This document shows positions 55,090 through 64,000 of a stretch of DNA of 64,000 bases, piece by piece. The DNA comes from Camelus ferus. Its lineage: Eukaryota. Positions within the stretch are counted from its first letter, which is position 1; each line of letters starts with the position of its first letter. Under the pieces are notes generated by a model. The model saw nothing but the letters and a program-made list of their open reading frames with translations, was not told where the DNA came from and did no database searches. Both the position numbers and the translations under genes were made by a program. Location of the stretch: the NCBI RefSeq assembly GCF_009834535.1, contig NC_045697.1:81160001-81224000 (forward strand), written 5' to 3'.

Positions 55090-55560
55090 GTATCAGAAAA
55101 ACAAAAATGAAAATAAAAACCAGTGGATTGAAAATAATAGCTTATATTTCTTGAGTAACTGGAAATCTGAAGATAAGTGGTTGGTTCAGAAGTTCAAGAA
55201 TGCCAGAAGTGAGGTCTCTTGAATCTCTTGGCCTTTCCTTAATAGTTTTAAGATGGATGTCTTAGTCCCAGCCAATAGGACCATATACTAGTCAAGAGAA
55301 AGGAATAAAGCAAAGGGCAGAAGGGCAAACAGCAGCCATATCTGTCCTCCTTTCCTGGAGCTTTCCTGGAAGTCCCATACCATGACTTATGCTTACATCT
55401 AATCAGCCAGAATTATGTTAAGTGTTCACTACCTGAAATAAAAGCTGAAAAATCAGTCCTTTATCTAGATGTTTTGGATCCATGAGCAAACTTTGGCTTT
55501 ATTCACTAGGAAGAATGTGAAAATGGGCACTGAGTATGCATTTAGAAGTGATGGCCAGGT
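55090..55560 (-). mobile_element. Old MaLR LTR (MLT1J/K-like)
   Basis: 'ccagtggattgaaaataatagcttatatttct', 'ggagctttcctggaagtcccatacc...gacttatgcttacatctaatcagccagaatt'. Confidence 0.65.
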
Positions 55561-55616
55561 ATTAAAGACATCTGCACCCTGAAATAAGAATGTAGAGATA
55601 AGAATTCTCATGTCCT

Positions 55617-56148
55617 AGAAACTCTAATTTGAAAAGATACATGCACCCCGATGTTCACAGCAGCACTATTTACAATAGGCAAGACATGGAAGCAACCTAA
55701 ATGTCCATTGATGGAGGATTAGATAAAGAAATTGTGGTGTATATATACAATGGAATACTACTCAGCCATAAAAAGAACGAAATAATGCCATTTGCAACAC
55801 CATGGATGGACTTAAAGATTACCATACTAAGTGAAGTAGATCAATTAGAGAAAGACAAATACCATGTGATATCAATTATATGTGGAATCCAAAAGAATGG
55901 CAGAAATGAACTTGAAATGGCACTTATTTACAAAACAGATACAGACTCACAGACATAGGAAACACACTTATGGTTACCAGAGGGGAGGGGAGGGGAGGAG
56001 GGATAAATTAGGGGCTTGGGATTTGGAGATACAAACTACTATATATATAATAGATACACAACAAGATCCTATTGTTTAGCACAGGGAACTATATTCAATA
56101 GCTTATGATAACCTATAATGATAAAGAATATGAAAAAGAAAAAAAAAA
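55617..56148 (+). mobile_element. 5'-truncated cetartiodactyl-type L1 (ORF2 C-terminus and 3'UTR) with A-tail and degenerate TSD
   Basis: 'aaagatacatgcaccccgatgttcacagcagcactatttacaatag', 'aataatgccatttgcaacaccatggatggac', 'agcacagggaactatattcaata'. TSD-like aagaattctcatgtcct (55600-55616) / aagcattctcatgcct (56147-56162). Confidence 0.93.
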
Positions 56149-56684
56149 GCATTCTCATGCCTTGTGGCTAAGCAGCCCACTTCTACTCTTATGTATAAAA
56201 GGTACACAAGAGTGCTGATCTAAGAGGTTACAGGACAACAGTGGATTAGAATACATTAATTAGGCGAGGTGACACGAGAATCTGGAAAACTGGAATTTCA
56301 AAAAGTAGAATTCTAAGCAAAAGTGATCAGTACAGGTGGATTTAGGGTCTCTAAGGCCCTAAAGCTTAGGGAGAAAAATAGGAATTCAGGCCCCATGTAA
56401 GCCACACAGTCTCATCTCCTAATTCCCAACTCAAAGCCTCTTCTGACACCAAATCAATTTCTTCTTCCTTTCCTCAATATTTCATGATCCTTTTGGAGAC
56501 TCATAAAGGCCAGGATTATCAGGAACATATTTTATATTGCATAAATTTCATATTTCTAAGGACACAGCAGGTTACCAATAATCACTATGGATAAATGTGC
56601 ATTAATTAGGGATTTATGAAATACTGTCCATTATTTTGATTCTAATTTGATACACCTTCCTCTGCATCATTATGTGTGTGGGTC

Positions 56685-56895
56685 AAAGTTTAGAAGGCTT
56701 TTTCTCTCAAGAGACATGTAGTAAATATTTTTGGCTTTGCCAGCAACATAATGTCTCTGTCACATATTTTTTGTTTTGTTTTGTTTACTTGGTTTTTACA
56801 ACCATTTAAAAATGTAAAGCCCACTCTTAGCATACCAATGATACAAAAACAAGCTGCCGGACAAATCCCTCAGGCAACAGTTTCCTGGTTCACAG
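56685..56895 (+). mobile_element. MER58-like hAT-Charlie DNA transposon fossil
   Basis: 'gtagtaaatatttttggctttgc...tctctgtcacatatt...tttacaaccatttaaaaatgtaaagcccactcttagc...tacaaaaacaagctgc' matches recalled MER58C. Confidence 0.8.
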
Positions 56896-57491
56896 TCAGG
56901 TCGTTGCTGAAGAAATGTTATGTGTTAGAAGAGTGGAAGATGTTGTTTCAGGCACTATTTTGTGCTCTTCCTCACCCTGCTCACTCTGCTTGGATGCTCT
57001 CCCCTGCCTTCTGCCTCAAGCACATCTACTCATTTTTCACAAATATCATTACCTCAAATGTCTCTGTTTACTGTTTTTCTTCCTTTTATAACTAACCCGT
57101 GTCTCCTTTGTGGCTTTGCTGGGCTCTGTACATTTCTCTCAAAAACCTGAAAAGCCATTTTGTTAAATTTCAGTAAAATCTCTGAGAATAAACTGCATCT
57201 CATTCATTTTTGCATCCCAGGTGCTGAGTAAAGTGCTTAGCAGATAATACATATTCACTGATTAGCTGTTGTGGAAAGGACGGGAAGGAAAGAGGGAGAA
57301 AGGAAGGAAAGGTAGAAAGAAAGGAACAGACACTGAACAAATGAAAGACGGGAGGTACTTTTTCCACACTGGAGGAAGTGTCTGAAAAATTTTGGACGTA
57401 ATTATAAAGCAATAATTCCAACAATTCGAGTTCACATATACATGTATCAATTCTATAAAAATTTTTTTCACTTTTTTCTTTAAAAGCACAA

Positions 57492-57563
57492 CTTTTTTTT
57501 TTAATTGAAATACCATTGGTTACAATGTGTCAGTTTCTGGTGTACAGCACAATGTCCCAGTCA
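57492..57563 (-). mobile_element. Very short (about 70 bp) L1 3'-end insertion with exact TSD
   Basis: T-tract followed by 'aattgaaataccattggttacaatgtgtcagtttctggtgtacagcacaatgtcccagtca'. TSD TTAAAAGCACAA at 57480-57491 and 57564-57575. Confidence 0.9.
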
Positions 57564-60500
57564 TTAAAAGCACAATTTTTAATCATTAATGCCAAACACT
57601 CCAAAAAAAAGAAGCATTGATGTGTAAAAGTTGTGCTTGTAAGTAACGCTCATCTTTCATTTGCATGTTACATGACCTTGAAAAAGTCATGTGGTGGTTT
57701 TATCATCATCAACCCCTTATTTCAAAAGCAGTTGTCACCTACTTCCTGAAGAAATAAGGTAAAAATGACAGTAACTAATACTGTGAGCAATTAGCTAATG
57801 GCACGCATAGGGTAACTCATGTTCTGAAAGATTTTTATGTGTAAAAATAGCTAAGGTTTTGTTTTCTTCAGAGGAACATGACTTTTTCTTTTGTATTTTG
57901 TGCATAGTTTATTGCTCCATGTTATACAAATAAAACTTAATAATTAGAGGAAATATTTACTCACTTTAAAGCAAGAAATTAAATATTAACAACTACTTTA
58001 AGCTGTTAGCAGCTTATCTCCTAGGGGGAAAACTTTGTTGCAACTGTTTTATGTATCAGCACTTGAAAATAATTGGAGTTCCTCTAGTTAATCTTGAAAG
58101 ATGATTTAAATGTGTAAGAGCTATAAAGCAAGAGGAATGACTTTGAAGACTTTACACTTCCCAAAAATAGTGATAACAAGTTGTCCAGAACAGACAGAGG
58201 CAAGCCTTGATAGATCCACATTAATGCATTTGAGTGATAAAAATAGTTCATTTCCTTCAATTATTGCTGCTCGATATTAAAGTGCATGTTGTAGGTGGTA
58301 TTTATTCCTCTGAGGTTAAACATGTTCAGAAATACAATAGCTACTTGATGGAAAAAAAAGATGCTGCAGCTAAAATAGGAATTTGGGGGATAAGGGTATC
58401 TGATGGTGCCCTCTGCTAGGAAATCAAATAGATAAACATGTATTATAGACATTTTCTCTCTAAGGGAAATTCTTTCATCCAGCTGTCAATACCAGACCAG
58501 CAAGTCAAGGACTTACCATGATACAACACATGCCAAGAAAAGCCGTTTTCCCCTCTAAATCCATTACTAAGTAGTATGAATATTAATAGCTAGTAAAAAA
58601 ACAATTCTAATTTTCAGGCAAAAAGTTCATGCTATTCTTCATGTTGTAGGTTTGGTGAAAACAGGAATTGAAAATCTTAGGGACTGCTTGAATAAACTAG
58701 CTAAGAACTTTATTAAACCATATCGTCCTACTTGAAAAAAGGGTAAAAACCCTATCCACTGTCAATGGGTAGCTGAAAGAGAAATCAAAGTATTTTTAAC
58801 GGTTATGCAATACACTGATCATTACGTCATTTATACACTTCAGTTTTTCATACTAATCTTTGAAGTTTGTACAATAACATCTTCTCTCATACAGAAAGAA
58901 AAGTCCATGTTCTTCACCATTTATTCAGTTTTGCAGAGGTCACTTGTATACTACCTTAATTACCTGGACTATGGTTAACAAAATGCCTTTAGGAAAACAG
59001 GGCACACAAGTTGGTTCATTTTATCTTGGGGACATACTGTCTGGTTCTCCCACAGAAGATCAGCTCTTTCTTGAGTGTGCTGTGTGGTACAATTGAGAGA
59101 GAATTGGATTAGGAACCACAAAGCAGAGCATGGGTTCTCTGGGTGACCAAGTACAAGTCACTTATGAGCTCAGTTTTATCATTTGTGAAATTGAGGGCTT
59201 TCACTACTACTTTAGAAACAAGCTTAAGACACTTGCTCTATGTGATCTCCAAGCTCAGGGCAACTCAAATTCATACAGATTTAGAGACATCAGGGTCCTC
59301 AGTGGTCATCTAGTCTGACCACTTCATTTTACTGAAATGGGAATCTGGCTGGTAGACCCAGATAGCAAGACGATGGCTAGAAGCTACCAATATTACAAAC
59401 TATAGACTGGAAAAATTGAAAAGTAGACACAAGAACTAAAAAATTCTAGGAATACAGTTTAGGAACAAAAATTCCACATAATTCCAGCCAATTCTGAGAG
59501 CACAGCAAGAACACAGTACAGTAAAATCATTCGTATTAACATGAAAACCTTTAGTCCTCCTGAAAAATGTGACATGATGCTCAGCACACGTTTAGCAATT
59601 TAAAAGCAATCAATTATGTACTTTAGACAGTGACTCTCTGAAATGGTTAAAACAATAAAGCACTCAAATGCTGAAGCTTCTCAGTGACAAATGGATAGTT
59701 CACTCATTGTAACACAATATTCCACCTTGATATAGCAAATATTAAAGATTGAATCTATAGGTGTGGAATTTTGACTATCCTGAATGAGACACAAGAGTAT
59801 TAACAGGAAAGTACAAAGGACTGTGGTAGGCAATATCGTCACAGAAAAGGAATATGGTGATGGATGAATTGTGTCTGTGAACAACACTTTCAAACAATTT
59901 ATGAGAAATGTATGCACATCATAAAGAGAAAAAAATAATTAACAGACATAATGATTAAGAGATATCTTTGCTGACCATGTGGATATATGGAAAAACTCTT
60001 AAACTGTTGGAAAATGCCATCTATAAATAAATGTTTTATATTTAGCAACAAAATCATTTAAGTGCTCATATAAATGAGCTTCAAGTTTGCTGTTTGGTGT
60101 CCTATAATCTTCCCACTGTGATTTTATTATTTCTTCCTTCCTAAGACCATTTTACTCATCATAGGCTTCCAATAAGTAGAATTTAATATATTCAAGATCA
60201 TACGGATATTCCATTTACTAAGCATTTAGCAAATTTTCACTGCTCTGTCTTCCAAGGAAATGCCATTAATACTTGATTTCATTATTTAATGCTTTTTTTC
60301 AAATTTAAAAATATGTTATGCCTACCTTGCTTTAGGATTTAAAATATTGATTCAATAAGAGACACAACAGATTTAACAAACAAATTACTTCCAAAAATAC
60401 AGAGAGTTTTAATTTGAAAACCCAGTCTAGAAATTCTAGCTTATCAGGGGAAATTACCAACAATTGTAGCTGCATGTCTATCACAGGGCTTCAATCTAAA

Positions 60501-61239
60501 AGTAGGATGGCAACTTTGGTATGGAGAGTTAGGATAGTGGATTACCTAGATTGAAATACATAAAAAAATGAGGCAAAATGAAAGTCATCACATCCTTAGG
60601 GAGCAAGGAAAAGGGGAAATGGAAGATAAGACTAGAACATAATTTACTTTTAGTTGGAAGAGACAAAACAAATACTTTTTTCTAACTCCTCTACTTCTTT
60701 TCATTACTGGCAAGGATAATTTTTGAATTAACACAAGATGATGTCACTAAAATATTCCTTAGCCCATGCCTTTCTAATTTGTTCTTAAGTGTGGGTAGAC
60801 GGTATGGAGAATGGGAAGTAGGGAAATGCTCCTTCAAATTCAAGAACCCCAGAGCCTGAGCAGAGTTAGGTCAGCAGTGATTTATAGAAAGAGTAGGAGA
60901 ACCCTGGGGTCAAAACCAGGGTCAACCAACTGGGAGAAGGAGCACAACACAAGTGTGACAACAGTGAAGATCAACCGTTGTTATCAAGGACTGTGTGAAG
61001 GGAGGCACAAAAAAGTCACATAGGAGCACACTGTACATGAACAAGGGGTCAGATCTGAGGGCCTTGTGGGCTATTTTAAGATAGTTTGGAGGCCTTTGAG
61101 ATGAAATGCGATAGAATCTGAATTACATGTTAACAAGATCATTGTAGCTGCTTTGACAAGAATAGACTCAACAGGGCCAAGAGTGGAACTGGAGACCAGT
61201 GAAGAGGCTTTGAAACAAACCGACATGATGAGAGAATTC

Positions 61240-62970
61240 AGACTTCTGGAATGGTGCTGTGAGGAGCTCTGTGGACCCTCTCCTAGCAAAACAACCATAA
61301 CTGGTAGAAATTATTAAAAAAAATTCAAATCTCTGGAAAAGGAACCAAGAACATACAGTAAATGAAGAAACATTTATTCAAGAATATCTACTAAGATTGA
61401 TAAGAACAGTGCAAGTCTGTGGCATTTGAACCATGACCCACCATTTTCTCCACTAGTTTCAGTTTAGAGTGACAAAATCCCACCCAAGTTGGGTGCATCC
61501 AAGAACACAGGGGTTCCTTTCTCCTTCGCTTCCAGTTTAGAGCTGTGATTCTCCCTGAGAGTGATAGGCCACCAGCATTTCTCCTCTCTGCAGCTCTGGG
61601 TGCAGAGTCTCTATTTTAGGCAAGAACAGCTGAGGGATCTAGCAGTCTCCTCCTTTAGGTAGCCACAGTCATAGTGCTGAAGTTGTGCCCCAAGGCAGAC
61701 CATGAACACTGGAACCATGATTTGTCCTGGCTCCAGCTCAGTTGTAGGGTGGTGGTTCTAAGCCAGGAGAGGCAAGCTGAGAAGACCAGAGGCTACCATC
61801 ACAACCCAGCACCCTGATCATAAATCTGGGAGTCACTCTGAGAGAAGTAAGTCATTGTCTCCACCCTCAGCTCTGGAGCATTGGTGCAGAGAATTTGCCC
61901 AGGGTGAGAGGAAGGTCATAAAGAGAGAGCTTTCCTAACTTCTGTCCAAGGGAATTGACTTTATTTGGGACAGAAAGTTAAGTTCCAGCCTAAGGTCACC
62001 CTTGGAAACAAATGAAAATTTTGATGGTAAGCAATTAAGAGGAGGTTGTTTTTATTTTAATTAAAATCAGCAACAAGCTGATAATAGACCAAACAAAAGT
62101 TTACTACAGATAATCAGGGAAAGAGATAGCTAATGTTACTCCTGGAGTCATAAAAAGCCTCATACACCGACCTCAAAGACTATTGCAAAAAGGACCACAT
62201 TTTATTGGTCCAGACTATGGCACAATTTGCACCCTAGGGCACTGTCAAAAACAGTAGAGTGTGTTGTTGGTAATTAGGGTAAGCTCATATCTGGCTAACT
62301 TTTATACCAGAGGCAGACAGCTTAACAGAGACATCAGGAAAAGATGCAAACGTAACCTTGCTAAAACTACTGTTATTCCAGAGTGACTGTGCTCCCTCCG
62401 TGACACTGAGGCTTCACACTGCAGGGGAAAAAGTCTTCACTTAAATTGCCTGTTCATATACTAAACAAATAAATAAATAAGTAACAATAACAGCAAAACC
62501 TTAATGGTAGGGAGAGGGGATCAATATCAAGAGTGCTATAAACATTATTTAAAATGTCCACTTTTAAACAGAAAATTACAAGCTATGCTAAGAAACTGGT
62601 AAGTGTGGCCCATACACAGGAAAATAAAGCAAGCAGTGCAAATTGCCTTAAAAGACCCAGATGCCAGATTTAGCAGGCAAAGATTTCAAATATACTCTAA
62701 GAACTGAAAATTGATAAGCTGATTCTAAAATTCATATGGTTTCATACATACAGACAGAAAGGAATGTACAATGACAAAGACTCATCAAATAGAGTTGTCA
62801 ATACAAATATAGAAATTGTAAAGAAGAATCAAGTGGAAATCCTGGAACTGAAACATACAAATACTGAAACAAAAAATTTACTACATTTTTTCCTAGCTGG
62901 CCATTGTGCAGAAATTGATAAGCTGATACTAAAACTGATATGGACATTCAAAGGACCCAAAATGTCCAAA
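61240..62970 (+). mobile_element. Old L1M 5'UTR/ORF1 region with ORF2 fragments
   Basis: 'gacttctggaatgg...aaatgaagaaacatttattcaagaa', 'aagaatcaagtggaaatcctggaactgaaa' (KKNQVEILELK), 'gaaattgataagctgatactaaaactgatatgg' (EIDKLILKLIW). Confidence 0.8.
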
Positions 62971-62974
62971 CAAC

Positions 62975-63313
62975 CTGCATGTTGTGAGTTGCCCTCTGGA
63001 GTGACTCATGTGGCAAGGAACTGAGGCAACAACTGAGAGAAACTCAGGTCCACAGGCCAACAATCCACAAGGAACTGAATCTTGTCAACAGCCTCGTGAG
63101 TGAGCTTCTGAGCTGGTCCACCCTCTGCTTGAGCCTCGACTGCTGCCCTGGCTGACACCTTGGTTGACGTCCTCTGAGAGACCCTGACATGTAGGATCTA
63201 GTTATGCCACATTCAACTTCCCGACCTACATTAACTGTTAGATATTAATGTGTCTGGTTTTAAGTTGTTAAGTTTTGGGCTAACTTTTTATGAAGCAATA
63301 GGTAACAAGTACA
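62975..63313 (+). mobile_element. MaLR LTR 3' part (MLT1E/F/G-like)
   Basis: 'catgtggcaaggaactgagg', 'cacaaggaactgaatcttgtcaacagcctcgtgagtgagctt', ending 'gcaataggtaacaagtaca'. Confidence 0.8.
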
Positions 63314-64000
63314 CTCAATTCCTGAAGTATTTTAAGTAGATATTTGTACCACACGGGTGTGTATTCTGCAGGCTCCCTCAGGAACTCATGCAGTTGCTGC
63401 AAGTCTTTTAAACTTTCCTGCGCCTGGATGCTTTGCTTCTTCGTGTTTTCTCTACATCCATCTCATGTGAGTGTCCGCTCTGCTGAGTGCACAGACTGCC
63501 TTACCCATCATTAAGCCTCCAAAATACACTATTTGCTCCATAGTAAACTTTCATTAAATCAATATTTGGTCAAAATTTTGATTAAATAGTATCACCTCTA
63601 CATTTCCTAACATTGAAATACCCTGTTAATTGTACTGATCAGGGTTTCTTGACATCTGGTATTTGTCGCACAGTACAAGGCTATATACTGCATAATTTAG
63701 TAAAGAAACAGGCATAGCAGCTATTGAAAGGTAGCCCGCTCTCTGTTTTATGTTAATGTGCCATTAATTACACTCTCATACTCCTTTTATTTTTAACTGA
63801 AATCTCTACATAGCTGATTTAGTGTGCAGGCCATTATGACACTTGAAGATTGTCCACAGTCACTCTTTGATGAGTTTGGGTTTTATGAGAGCATTTTAAA
63901 TGTCAGAATTTTTCATATCACGAATATTGTGTCTTATTAAGAAAAAACATTATATAAAGTTCTTAAATATGTGTAGCATTTTAAAAGCAGACTTTAAAAA

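Noticed and set aside
55701..55958. 85-aa ORF
   Set aside because: Frame within L1 ORF2-end/3'UTR sequence, not a host gene.
1..64000. Most 60-140 aa ORFs in the six-frame track
   Set aside because: No recognisable protein similarity; many have non-ATG starts or low-complexity composition, or lie in repeats. This is expected noise in intronic DNA.
44074..64000. Previous NDST4 exon (...FWWFPHMWSHMQPHLF...)
   Set aside because: Not seen; probably beyond the right edge.
1..64000. CRISPR arrays, tRNA or rRNA genes, prokaryotic operons
   Set aside because: Sequence is mammalian intron; no repeat-spacer periodicity or structural RNA gene recognised.

Overview
AT-rich mammalian genomic DNA (L1 3'-end types suggest a cetartiodactyl, probably a camelid; inference from recalled repeat consensus). 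It lies inside the heparan sulfate N-deacetylase/N-sulfotransferase gene NDST4 on the minus strand. Two coding exons are visible, 44073-43888 (186 nt) and 41995-41867 (129 nt), both with GT-AG ends and phase 0. The rest is intron filled with L1, L2, L3/CR1, MIR, MaLR/ERVL LTRs, an ERV1-like solo LTR, MADE2 and MER58 DNA-transposon fossils, and microsatellites. The intron upstream of these exons carries a disabled, intronless GAMT retrocopy (about 51195-52190, minus strand). The most unusual structure is a cluster of inverted or templated rearrangements at 47.1-52.7 kb. It includes a 221-bp inverted duplication (220/221 identical, 618-bp spacer) with one arm inside a MIR, and a 1.55-kb GAMT-containing block bracketed by inverted GGGG-An-C(TG)8TA repeats that appears to replace part of an L2, with no poly(A) or TSD. 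It also includes a perfect 44-bp AT palindrome and a 14-bp-stem hairpin. The 5' end of the GAMT copy is unexpectedly CpG-rich. Repeat boundaries and subfamily names were called by eye and are approximate. I see no evidence of a new protein-coding system.
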